A stretch of 64,000 bases of DNA from Eledone cirrhosa. Taxonomy: Eukaryota. Shown one piece after another: positions 44,014 to 56,375 of the stretch (positions within the stretch are counted from its first letter, which is position 1; each line of letters starts with the position of its first letter). The stretch spans positions 301,444,001-301,508,000 of the forward strand of contig OZ024741.1 of NCBI GenBank assembly GCA_964016885.1. Reading direction: 5' to 3'. The translations under genes and the position numbers were made by a program. The notes beneath the pieces are model-generated. The model was not told the origin of the DNA. It made no database searches and worked only from the letters and a program-made list of their open reading frames with translations.

Positions 44014-44095
44014 ACTCCAACTAATTAGTTTCTGTAATGGGATAAATATAGTTACACAATATAACTATCGAGAATTCATTACGTCCTCAGGGAGT
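44014..44095 (-). ncRNA. Hammerhead ribozyme with extended stem II (GUU triplet)
   Basis: actcc-CTGAGGA-cgtaatg...atagtta-tattgtg-taactat...cattaca-GAAAC-taatta-GTT-ggagt. Confidence 0.8.
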
Positions 44096-44702
44096 CTATT
44101 CTCAGCTAAGTTCCCAAGCAATGCGCGGACACTAGGAACCCATATAAAAATAATAATTCAGTGGATGGAATAAGCTAGCGAGGACTAAATTCCATAGCAC
44201 TGAAAAAGTTCACTGCCTCTGGTCAGTGGCAGATTCTAAAGAATCAATCACGTGACACTGAGGTTAGTCAGTTAGGAGTGGGGTAGTATTATGACAAGAG
44301 CCTACTACTACTACTATGAATTAGCAGTAGATTTGGCAAGTTTGCTCAACAAATAATTTGGAGATAAATATAGAGAATTAGTACATCTACCAACATATGC
44401 GTACAGATGTACACTAATGCTAGCAAATATATAAGTTATGTCAAAGAACCTAGGTGGTTCTATGCAGGAGGATGCAGAACAATTATATGAAAGACGTAAA
44501 ATAAGAAAATTTTAAAAATTAAAAATTAACTTACTAAAATTTTCACGTGATTGATTCTTTAGAATCTGCCACTGACCAGGGGCAGTGAACTTGTTCAGTG
44601 CTATGGAATTTAGTCCTCGCTAGCTTATTCCATCCACTGAATTATTATTTTTATATGGGTTCCTAGTATCCGTGCATTGCCTGGGAACTTAGCTGAGAAT
44701 AG

Positions 44703-44784
44703 ACTCCCTGGGGACGTAATGAATTCTCGATAGTTATATTGTGTAACTATATTTATCCCATTACAGAAACTAATTAGTTGGAGT
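44703..44784 (+). ncRNA. Inverted-arm copy of the same hammerhead, core mutated (CTGGGGA)
   Basis: Same stems as 44014-44095 with an A6G change. Confidence 0.65.
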
Positions 44785-44983
44785 GAAAATTTTAGTAAGT
44801 AAGTTAATTTTTAATTTTTAAAATTTTCTTATTTTCCGTCTTTCATATAATTGTTCTGCATCCCCCTGCATAGAACCACCTAGGTACTTTGGCATAACTT
44901 ATATATTTGCTAACATTAGTGTACATCTGTACGCATATGTTGGTAGATGTACTAATTCTATATATATATATATATATTCATAC

Positions 44984-45058
<75 letters not shown>

Positions 45059-46074
45059 TTGAAACACTGAAAGGTAAGCTCAAATTTCATGTAGGTAATC
45101 CATTAAAAAGCCATGCCATTTCCGGAAAGTGGATGTTTTAGTTTATTTCTTCTATAAAAATATTATTAAATATATACATAGGACAATATTCACATCAAAT
45201 CAACTCCCGCATATATATTATGAAAACAACATTAATTCCATTCAAAGGGACTGTATAATATCTACTTCGATAAAGTAATGGCATATTTTCGGTTTTATAA
45301 CTTGGAGATGGCAAAGTAAATATGTATCTCATTAGTTTTACAGCACATGTATTTCTGATTCCTTTTATTTCGTCATAGAATAAATGAACTCTACTTGCAA
45401 TCCCACGTGGCTTGGTGTACCTAGATGGTGGAAAGCGTTTACGAGAGAAGGGGGAAGAGACAAAGGTGAGAGAGAGAATAACAAGTGAATAAGAGCGACG
45501 GAAAGAAAGACAAGGAAAAGGAGAAAAGAATTATTCCGTGTATTTTGCTTTTCTCCAACCGATATGTTATAGATCCACTAGAATATTTATCTATTATTCT
45601 ATTAAAGCAACAAACCGGGTGTTATCTCTAATAAGCTCCTTGGGTCTTTGGGAAGCCTAAACCTGCATTTTCGTTACTGATATCTAAAAGGCAATTACGA
45701 ATGTGGTGCCTTTGAAAACGCCATAGCAAATCGCTTGTTCCAATAATTGAATTATACTTTTTTCTACCAGGTTGATATCACCATAACTATACTTCTTAAA
45801 TCCTAATTACAAATATCTATCTAAAGGCAATAGAGAGAACACTTTTCATATTGCGGGCCCCCATATAATATTTGAGACCTATGCTAAGAATATGAAAACA
45901 ATTGCTATCAGAGCAAAAACAATGAAACCTTTCCTAATTACATTTCAATTGCAATATAATAATTATTTCCTTTAATTTAAAGGAAGATGTATCATAAACA
46001 TTGATTTTAAAGTTGTTACATTTTCTTAATAATAAAAATTAAGAATATTTCTCGAAAGGTGAACGCAATATATC

Positions 46075-46402
46075 CGACGAATGGTTAAGAGGCTCGCTTC
46101 GCAATCATTAGATCACAGTTTCTATCCAAATACGTGGCGACTTGGGCCAGTGTCATTTACTATAGACTCGAGTTGACCCATGCCTTGTGAGTAAAATTGG
46201 GTAGACTGAAATTATTTGGGAGTTCGTCAGATGGATTGTATCTGTAATTCAAAGACAAAATCTTATCATACTGTTAAACGCTGAATCTCCATGAGAATTT
46301 CATTAAGCTTCGATGTTCTAAGCCGCCTACACTTTAATTCCACGGGAAGGCTTTTTCCATTGATATAACTTCTGAAGCACTTGTCATCGAAACCTATGGA
46401 GT
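46075..46402 (+). mobile_element. Old CORE-type tRNA SINE
   Basis: tggttaagaggctcgcttcgcaatcat head and acttgggccagtgtcatttactatag core-like segment. The tail is shared with 38600-38800. Confidence 0.55.
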
Positions 46403-47437
46403 TCTATTGATTGTTAGGGAAAATATATTTTAAATAAAATCCATCTATCTTTAATATGCCCCTATTCCGTATCCCTTTCTCGCTATCACTCCCTACTTTC
46501 CTCTCTAAATAATCCCCGATATCCTGCATAGTTTTTTTTTTTTTATTTACGAAATATATTTCAGCGTGCGTCAAAAAGTAATCTACTGTTAGTGCAGTAT
46601 ATTTCAATTATTATATTCATCTTTAAATGACTAAGCCGTACATGAAATAAAATATTTACAACTAGCAATATCATATCCCTTAGATCTAGCAATATCATAT
46701 CCCTTAGATCTAGCTCACACAACGTTCATTCCCTCTATACAAAGTTTATTTATAGGCAGTCACTCATCATGTAATATCCACCGATTCTCATTCATACATT
46801 CCATTCTAAAACTTCACTCCAGCCCGTAAATCTAAATGGTACTCAATAATCCAACTTATTAAACGTTTATACATAAATATGTCTCTTCTATTTTTCAGCT
46901 ATATGACCCCAGTTTATATTTAATCATTTAAAAATATTTGTCTAGACACCAACACAAGAATGATAAATCGATACGCTACCGTAACTAATTGCTCTGTCAC
47001 TAATGATTATGAGGTTATTTTAAAATAAACTTCGTATATTGACACTTAAATATAATGTTCTTCCCATACCTTTAGAGCTAGATAACAATGACATGACGCT
47101 ATATGTAATAATAGCATTCATCGTCGAAGCTTTAAAAAATGATATGTTAATAAAAATGTCTGATAAATATGAGATTAACATTGATGAAAATAGTGTACTA
47201 ATAACGTCAGCATATATGGATGTAATGCTGCAATCATTTAAGGATAATATGTAATTAAAAACATATACAAATTATGTAACGTGATGTTCATTATTTTAAA
47301 CACACATACATTATTTCTTCAGTTAAATTAATATGATACAATATTCATAGAATGATGAGGGAAAATCAAAGTAAGAATAGCTGTTAAAACAGCAAACTGC
47401 TGTCAATAACAGCGTCGGATAAAAATTACTAATATTA

Positions 47438-47627
47438 TGTGGGTGAATTGGCAGTATCGGTAGAGGGTTGGACGCCATGCTTTCTAGCATAGTTACGTCC
47501 CTTTACATTCTGAGTTCAAATCCCGCCGAGGTTAACTCTGCCTTTCATCCTTACGGGGTCGATAAAATAAAGTACCAGTAATGTACTGGGTAATTGCTGG
47601 CCTTGTGCCTAAAGTAGAAACAATTAT
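47438..47627 (+). mobile_element. Full-length Deu/Nin-type tRNA SINE
   Basis: A-box-like TGGCAGTATCGG, B box GAGTTCAAATCC, conserved core and tail. Confidence 0.88.
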
Positions 47628-48443
47628 GTGGTCTTCTCCATTAAATTGTGCGAACCAACAGCTGGTCTGAGAGCTGAAGAGATCAAGGGATGTGTGTTAT
47701 CTTGTCTCGTTCATTTACTTCCTTTATTTATTTATTCCTCTCACTTCTGCAAGCCAACACACTTGTAGCCACTGTTTTCTGTCCTTTCGGTAAATTTTAC
47801 CCGACGCTATCATTGACGGCATTTTGCTGCTTTAATATTCTTGCGTTGCGTTCTTCTCATTATTCTATGAATACAGCCGCGCTCCATCTCGGTCTTCGAG
47901 ACAACATTGTTGATACAATACTTTTTTTTCAGTATTTCAGTAACAATAATTGTTTCTACTTTTGGCAGAAGGCCAGCAACTTTAATAGACTGCAGTGCAT
48001 TACTGACACTTTATTTTTTCAACCCAGGCAAAGCTAACTTCGAGAGAGATTTCAACTTAAAAAGATAAGGGCCGTAACTATATGCCACAAAGCATATTTT
48101 CCGACATCCTACAAAAACCTTCCAATCCAAAAACTTCAATAACAATAAGGAGTAGATGTCATCGCATATTTCATTGAAAAAATCAACTATGGACGCTAAA
48201 GAAGTAACTGACAATAAAATGTATGACTCACTGTTTTTCTATATTTTCACTCCTGAAATCCATATAATAATCAAATCACGATTTCATTGGAAAAGATAAT
48301 TCAGTTGGTCTGTCGATACATTCTACGTGCAATGAATAAAGATGTGGAAGAAGAAAAATCTTACAGCAATAGCGAAAAGGAAAAAGGAAATTATATATAT
48401 GTGTGTGTGTGTGCGCGTGATACATGTGTATATAAATATATAT

Positions 48444-48545
<102 letters not shown>

Positions 48546-48629
48546 TATATATATGTATATATGTATACATACATATATGTATACAGACGTACAGTAGTGT
48601 TATATATATACATACATGCACACATATAT

Positions 48630-49170
48630 ATATGTTCGTATGGATTCACCAAACATTATTATAATGTTCGGTGTGTTTGTAAACAAACATCCCGTATAAA
48701 GCCGCGGTGTCTAGCAACCACCGTTGCTCGTTTGTTCAACACTGACAAAGGAACGCTGTACTAGTTCCAAGCTTGTTAGCTATCGTCAGCAACGTATACC
48801 TTCCTGCCAGATTGTTGAACGTCCGAAATTATATACTTTCCTTATGCATATTAACGGCTAAATAGTCCAATTTGCATATCGAATGGGTTAATCGGCCGGG
48901 TGCGCCGAAAACGATAAACGGAAAAAATGAAACGCTTATCGTTTTCGGTGCACCCGGCCGATTAACCCACTCGATATGCAAATTGGGCTACTCAGCCGTT
49001 AATATGCATAACGAAAGTATATACTTTCAGACGTTCAATCATCTGGCAGGAAGGTATACGTTGCTTACGATAGCTAATAAGCTTGAAACTAGTACAGCGT
49101 TCCTTTGTCAGTGTTTTACAAACGAGCAACGGTGGTTGCTAGACACTGCGTCGGGCAGTAACACACTACA
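48630..49170. mobile_element. Solo inverted pLTR pair with hammerheads at 48753-48795 (-) and 49058-49100 (+)
   Basis: Arms 48704-48918 and 48936-49150. Consensus is acgttg-CTGACGA-tagct-aaca-agctt-GAAAC-ta-GTA-cagcgt, and each arm carries a different core mutation. Confidence 0.82.
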
Positions 49171-49699
49171 ATATATATATATATATATAATTAATTCGAA
49201 TATGTGTATATAATTAATTTGAGTATGTATTGGTTAATTACCGACACTTCAGTATGCTCGGTAGAGCACTGAATAGCCAAAACAGCCATGGCTGAATTCC
49301 TTATTACAATTTCTAACATATTAAACACATATATACATATATTTATGTATATTTTCGTGTTGAAATATGTTTGTTTACGAGCCTTCTAGACCACACTGCA
49401 GATAGTTTTAATCAATTCCAATTGAAATTAAATGGAGGGATAAATGTTGAATTGAAATATTGAAGCAAATATTGAGGCAAATATTGGAACAATTGTTTAT
49501 ATTTGACACTTGTAAAGAATAAGTTAAACGATGCACGAAATCATGGAATACACACTAACAACTACGATGCAGACTACCGTACTGAATATGCTCTGAAGGC
49601 ATCAACAAATGCACCATCGCATTAATCTAATGTTCCTGTCAACATCTTTAGAAAGAGATGGAATAAAAACCTTCTGACAAAGCAAGTGCAGGAGCATAA

Positions 49700-49890
49700 A
49701 TAATTGTTTCTACTTTAGGCACAAGGCCAGCAATTACCCAGTGTATTACTGGTACTTTATTTTATCGACCCTGTAAGGATGAAAGGCAAAGTCAACCTCG
49801 GCGGGATTTGAACTCAGATCGTAAAGGGACGTAACTATGCTGGAAAGCATGGCGTCCGACTCTCTACCGATACTGCCAATCCACCGCCCT
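49700..49890 (-). mobile_element. Full-length Deu/Nin-type SINE with target-site duplication
   Basis: Family motifs are present, and tgcaggagcataaataat is repeated on both sides. Confidence 0.9.
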
Positions 49891-50129
49891 TTATGCAGGA
49901 GCATAAATAATGATGATTATTGTGTGTTTTTAAGAATCATTATTTATGCTCCTGCACTTGCTTTGTTCTGATTCAGCAAAGAAAATACAATGCTACAATA
50001 GAATATGGATTATTGGTCTTCTTCGCCCACTTATTCCGTAGAGTGTCGTTGGGGCAGAGTCCTCAAACACTCCTTCTAGTTGGTCATATCAGAAGCAACC
50101 GCTTCCAACTGATCAGGCCAAGGGACACC

Positions 50130-51080
50130 AGGAAGCAATTAATTCAAAAGAGATGAACAAACAGTTTTCTGACGTCCATCCCTCTGTCTGTCTGTCGTTG
50201 TGTCTGTCTATCATTGACACAATCACCTGTCTCACGCTGCATGAGCAGCCATGCTTTTAGATGCTATCCAAACCATCTTGCTCGGGGTCAAACTTAGGGT
50301 CTCCTGCCGGTTGGTTTTGCTCGTAATATCTGCCCGGCGATTTTTTCCTAAAACATTATAACCACATGTCCGTACTATCGGCGTATTGATCACTCATTTT
50401 AGAGAAGTAGCAGCTCTATCTGGAGCGACTCTCTGATCTCCAAGTTACGCTCTCTATCGAATTACGTTACTCTAGAGACCCTTCGGAGGAAACCCATTCC
50501 GGCCGCATGTATTCTTGATTGTATTCCTTCGGTCATTACCCAAGATTCATGACCATAGGTACTTGTTGGCACGAAACCGAATCTACCTCTCTTCTTCTGA
50601 TGCCTGAATTCTGGGATCTTTCAATTTGCACCAGGTCCTGCAATTCTTGCATTTAATTCAACTCCTGCTTTCCATCATTTTTTAACACGACCCAAAGTTA
50701 CTTGAACTTCTCCATCTACTTCAGTGGAATTCCCCCTCACATGTTGAGTGCATTTTGCAGGCATCCTGGAGAGAGAGAGAGGGTAGAAAGAGAGAGAGAA
50801 AGAGAGGCAGAGAGTGTGTGTGTATGTTTGCGTGTGTGTGTGTGTGCGCGCGCGCGCGTGGGTTGGGGGGGGGGTTCAGTCTTTGCAGTCCTGATCCTTA
50901 TTCCTGCCGTACAGGAGTCGGCAGCAAACCTATCAAGTGCATGTCGGAGTAGTATCATATCGTCCGCAAATTCCAGCCGACTGATCCTACATCCACCAGT
51001 CTCAATACCACTTCCGCAAGGCGGCACATATTAAACCTGTCTATGAAGTTTATGAACAGGAGAGATGAGTGTCCGCACCC
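50130..51080 (-). pseudogene. RTE-clade LINE RT relic interrupted by a microsatellite
   Basis: RISRLEFADDMIL and VPTSTYGHESWVMT...AAGMGFLRRV motifs. Confidence 0.82.
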
Positions 51081-51496
51081 TTAGTTTTTTTATGTTGATG
51101 ATGGGAAAGAAGATATGGCATTTCTTAGGGCTTACTTTAATTCGTCTGTTAGGATCCGAATTTCTTGGTGTTGTATTAAAGTAGCTGGGCAGCTACTTCT
51201 AGAGAATAATGTGAGGGTATGATGGTGCTAGTGCTTGTTATGTCTTAGACTGAGAAAGAATGCCAGCACCCACATATTTTGCTGTCGCTCTGAGACTGGG
51301 GAGGGAGATGGAGAAAAGAAAATATGACTAAAGGGTTGCTACAGTAAAATGGCATTGTACCAGGATATTGAGAACAGATACATATGTTTACAGAGCAGTC
51401 AAATAACCCCAACACACTGATGGGTTATGTGGTAGTCTGAAACCAAGTAACAGATGAACTGCATATGGAGTTGTATATATATAGGGAAAAAGTATG

Positions 51497-51592
51497 ACCC
51501 CGACGGCAGAGCTCAAGCCGTTTCGACGGCTATTTCTGGACTAAATTAGAATTTTTAGCCTGGTGAATAAATAGCCGAACTTGTCAAGGGGA
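51497..51592 (-). ncRNA. Hammerhead with U3-A8 core (UUGACAA)
   Basis: tcccc-TTGACAA-gttcggctattt...aaatagccgtc-GAAA-cggc-ttgagctct-gcc-GTC-ggggt. Confidence 0.75.
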
Positions 51593-53420
51593 TACTTCCT
51601 TATATGGGAAGATTGTAGTTGTCAAGAGGATTGGTTAAAATTCGTTGTAAACACAAATAAGTCTATCATGGCATTTGGTGGGAGGTAGGGTGGCTGAACT
51701 TGCCTGTAGAACAATAGGGGAGTGAGTGGAGCGGTCAAGCGTTGAAAGTGATATGTATACAGCAGATTCTAAGGATAGTGTATGAAGTGGAGGAGGGAGG
51801 TTATAGAATAGGTAAATCGAATGAGAGTAGGAGACAATAAAAGATAATAGAAAGAAATAAAAAATATATATAAAATTAGATAGTGAGAAATGAATTTAAA
51901 AAATCATAATGCTATCTTACAATTACAGGTTAATAAGTTGAGAATAGAAAAAACTTGTAGAAATTGAGTAGTAACAAAACTAAAGGGGTTTAACACAACT
52001 GCTATAAGTAGTTAGTAAAACGTATTCGGCCAACAAAAAGCTCAACCCCTATGGAAGAAATAACCTAGACATCAGTGGAGAGCCGACCTGGAGGTGTAAC
52101 TGTCCTGATAGATCCATGTTCCCCCTCAACAACAGATGCCGAGAACCAGTGCAACGTGAGGACGGACACCTCCAACAAAGCTTATATAGGATTAACCGCT
52201 TGTGACTTCAAGACCCGGCTCTACCAACACCGCCATTCTTTCCGAAACCCGGTCCAGCGACATGCCACTACACTTTCGAGCCACATCTGTGACCTCACAG
52301 ACAATAATATAACCTACAATCTCGCTTGGAGCTTACTGTCCAGAGCTAACTCTTACACGGGAGGACGCCGTCCGTGTAACTTATGCTCGGAGGAAACATT
52401 ACAAATGCTGTTTTCGAAGGACCAACTCCTAAACAAGAAAGACGAACTGGTAACCGCTACAAACACAGATTGCGTAGGACTTACCTCGCCCTCAAACACC
52501 ATAACGACCCGGGTGGGTAGACAAGGGCTGATACCCCCCACTTGCCGATTTTGTAAGGGGAAACCCCTACTTACATAGGTAGACGTACCTTTTTTCTTTT
52601 CCTCTACGTTTCCTTCTCCCCCCCCCCCCCCCATCTCATCCTATCAGATCCTTCCACCCCCGATCTTCCTCGTCTGTTTTTCACATTTCGCCTACCCCGA
52701 TGCAGCTCATCGGTCCTCTGTAGCCTCGGTACCCCCACCCCAGTAATTTTAAGATAGAACTGGCTGATTACGCTTTATTTATAGCAGATGTGTTAGACCC
52801 CTCTAATTTCTTCTTTTTTGTTACTACTCCATTTCTACAATCTCTAAATTTCTTATTTAGTATTATTTTTTTCTCAACTTATTAACCTGTAATGTAAGAT
52901 AGCATTGGCTGATTACGCTTTACTATTTATAGCAGCTGTGCTAGACCCCCTTAAAGCTTGCTTTAAAAAATGTTTTCACTACTTACTACAATCTCTTACT
53001 TAGTATTCTTTCCCATTCTCTACATATACTTTTCTATAGCTTAGCAATCCCTACTTATAGCAGCTGTTTATAGACTCTACTGTTTCTGTTTTTTTATTCA
53101 TTTCTCACTATCAACATTTTTTTATATATTTATTATTTTTTTATTCTTATTTTTATTTTACTTCCTTTCGACTTACCTATTCTTTCAACTCCCTCCTCCT
53201 TTTCTCCAGTACAATTTTTCGACTTTTCATACTTTATCCTTAGAATCTGCCGTATAGATTTCACTTTCAACACCTGACTGGTTTTCTTCACTCCCTCTTT
53301 GTTATACCGGCAAGTTCAGCCACCCCTACCTCCCACCAAATGCCATGTTAGATTTATTTGTCTTTATAACAAAGTTTAACCAATCCTCTTGACAATTACT
53401 ATCTTCCCATATAAGGAAGT

Positions 53421-53516
53421 ACCCCTTGATAAGTTTGGCTATTTATTTACCAGGCTAAAAATTCTTACTTAGTCCAGAAATAGCCGTCGAAACGGCTTGA
53501 GCTCTGCCGTCGGGGT
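53421..53516 (+). ncRNA. Hammerhead with U3-A8 core (UUGAUAA)
   Basis: acccc-TTGATAA-gtttggctattt...aaatagccgtc-GAAA-cggc-ttgagctct-gcc-GTC-ggggt. Confidence 0.75.
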
Positions 53517-53796
53517 CATACATTTTCCTATTACCCACTCTACTACCCTAAGTATTGAGTACTCTGGTGCGTTATGGTCCATCTAGTTCCTTACCACAAC
53601 TCCTTCGTTATATATATATTATATATATATATATATTATATATATATATATTATATATACATATATATTATATATACATATATATTATATATATATATAT
53701 ATTATATATATATATTATATATATATCTCTATATATATATATTATGCGCATACGCACACACACACATATATATAAATATACTCACACATATGTACG

Positions 53797-53825
<29 letters not shown>

Positions 53826-53829
<4 letters not shown>

Positions 53830-54142
53830 GCAAATAAACGAGTCCGATTTGAAGCTGTGCCGTGCCGGTGACCGATCGTCACCTGTTTGTTCAACACTGG
53901 CTTTGAGGAACAATCAACATGTTTCTGGGTCTTAACCCTTCATCAGTACTGTATACCTCTCTGCCAATGTGTTGAACGGTTCAAAATATATAGTATTCTC
54001 TTAAGTATACATCGGGTGAGTAGCCGGTGTTGAACAAACAGGTGACGGTCGCTCACCAACACGGCTCAGTTTTAAATCGGGCCGTTTGCTTACAAACGAA
54101 TCGAACATTATTATTAATGTTCGTTATAACCCACACGTACAT
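53826..54142. mobile_element. Solo inverted pLTR pair related to 48630-49170
   Basis: cgtcacctgtttgttcaacactggct is inverted at 54021-54048. Shares gtttgttcaacactg and the tail cgaacattat...tacgtacat with the 48.6-kb family. Confidence 0.78.
53905..53959 (-). ncRNA. Minimal hammerhead with canonical CUGAUGA core (GUU triplet)
   Basis: gaggtatacagta-CTGATGA-agggt-taag-accca-GAAAC-at-GTT-gattgttcctc. Confidence 0.75.
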
Positions 54143-54167
54143 ATGTATATGTATATATATATATATT

Positions 54168-54292
<125 letters not shown>

Positions 54293-55339
54293 CGTTTTGA
54301 TGGAATTGTTGGTATGATAGTTTCAATGCAAAGAATAATACCAGTATTGTGTTGTTACGATGTTTATTTTATTATAACAATATTCAATTTGAACATTGAA
54401 TGATAAAATCTATAACGTGAAATATTCGTACAATAAGCTGGTGTCTCTTCGAGCCACGTAAATACAAGTATCACAGAATACGATATAATATAATTTGTAT
54501 TGTATCTGAAAGATACAATATGACAGACAGAAATTGTGAATGTAAAATACAAATAGTGTGTGTGCGTATTAGTAACGTTCTTGTTTTAGCAGTGGTAGTA
54601 TTCAATCAGCCAGGCGGGAATGGCATGTGAGAAATTAATGGACAGACTAGTTTTTCGTGAAGGGAGATTTGACAGCGTCGGTGAATACCTCCTTTCTTGT
54701 CTGTAGTCTCACTTTTTCTTTTCTTTGAAATTTCTTTGAGATAAGAATGTTATCGCTCTTACTAGGAAGCTTGTAGAATTGTTGTTGTTGTTGTTGCTAT
54801 CGAAGCGAAGTCACAGTAAATCTTCAGTAGAATCGAAGTCGAGCGTTGAAGAGCTTAGAGTCACCAATATGCAAGTCACGTCTGACGCCATAGTGTGGTG
54901 AGAAAGGCTGTGAGTAGAGGAGTACTTGGTGATAGCCATTTTGAAATACTGCTAATTTTTTTTATTTTTAAGGAATATTCCGTACTTAAATATTCCTCCG
55001 TCGGGGGTCACCATTTTAGCAGAAAAATAATATTATGCCTACATGGCATAATATTAAAAAGTAAGAATATATGTTATTGTTGTTATTTGTTATAGTGAGA
55101 AATGTAACGTTTGTTAAGTGAGAGAGGGGCAAAGTTAACAAAATTAAGAGTTTTAAGAAGTAAAGAAAAAGCGCTGTGCCGGGCCAAAGGAGGCCGACAG
55201 GCCAAAGTGAAAATCTCACTGTCACATGATTGCGTATTCACCTTTCAGAGTCCAAAGCAGCAAGAGAGCGAATTTTGAAGCGTCGCGGGAATTTTTCCCT
55301 CTAGGCGGAAGTCGAGATACATTCTCCTACGCTGGTAGC

Positions 55340-55485
55340 GATTGGCTAAACTGAGCCTTTATGGTCTGAGTTTAAATCCTGCCAGGGTTAACTTTGCCTT
55401 TCATCTTTACGGGGTCGATAAAATAGAGTACCAGTAATGCACTGGGATAATTGCTGGCCTTGTGCCAAAAGAAGAAATAATTATT
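55340..55485 (+). mobile_element. Deu/Nin-type SINE (internally deleted)
   Basis: gagtttaaatcctgccagggttaactttgcctttcatc...ttgctggccttgtgccaaaag. Confidence 0.8.
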
Positions 55486-55513
55486 ATTAATGTTCGATAT
55501 AACCCATACGTAC

Positions 55514-55629
<116 letters not shown>

Positions 55630-55698
55630 ATTATGCATACTTACATTTATGTATTGGCTGTGTTAGGGCGAGAAATAAAATTATAATTTTATTTATAT

Positions 55699-55815
<117 letters not shown>

Positions 55816-56189
55816 CGTTTTTCAATATATAAAGGGAAAATATAGACTTTTGAAAATGAAAATAATTTGATATAAATTCATATATGAATGTCGTTTCGTT
55901 GAGAACGGAAGAAATTAAGGAAAATATTATCAGTTTAATATTCGTATATCAGCAATAATTGCCATTGTTATACCCGACCTAATTTTCTGGACACTATCGT
56001 TTGTGAATCTGCGTCTTGAAAATACTTGGAAAATTATATTCTATTTTTATTTGGTTAAAAATAATGGAAAAGAAAGTACCATTAAAAATTACTATAAATT
56101 TCATAAATGAGAGGAAAAGGAGGCGATGAACAAGGACTACTAGACAAAGGAAGAAAGAAAGGGGGAGGGGAGATGGTGACAGATTCTAC

Positions 56190-56375
56190 ACCTAGGTTAG
56201 AGCGGTGTTTCGGCTGCGCCCTGTGGACAAAATGGCAAATGCCACCGCCACCCCATCTCACAGGGCTTCTTCCTCAGACTAGCTGCTATCGATCCGATTT
56301 CACGCAGGGGTTTAGCTGTGCTGTGTCCGAGAACGCCTGAGGTCCAGACAGCGACCGGTGCAAAATATCTTGGAA
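56190..56375 (-). pseudogene. CRE-like RLE C-terminal relic
   Basis: FAPVAVWTSGVLGHSTAKPLREIGSIAASLRK is homologous to 36216-36465. Confidence 0.62.

Larger units (their letters stand above)
43958..44959. mobile_element. Non-coding 531-bp one-hammerhead unit inserted as an inverted pair (retrozyme-like)
   Basis: Minus arm 43958-44546 carries a 58-bp direct repeat (43958 and 44489). Plus arm 44543-44959 reads across the same unit junction. (TA)n at both ends. Confidence 0.85.
51482..53610 (+). mobile_element. 5'-truncated Naiad PLE (GIY-YIG + 3' pLTR + tail) with inverted arm 51482-52020
   Basis: YIGLTACDFKTRLYQH, CNLCSEE and LLNKKDEL motifs. An HHR is present in both arms. (TA)n flanks. Confidence 0.9.

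Noticed and set aside
47438-47530. tRNA genes
   Set aside because: The A/B boxes belong to SINE heads followed by the Deu/Nin-like core, and no cloverleaf forms.
48232-48252. 21-nt micro-exon (ttcag|...|gtgagt) on the minus strand
   Set aside because: Splice-like motifs alone are expected by chance in 64 kb, and there is no homology support.
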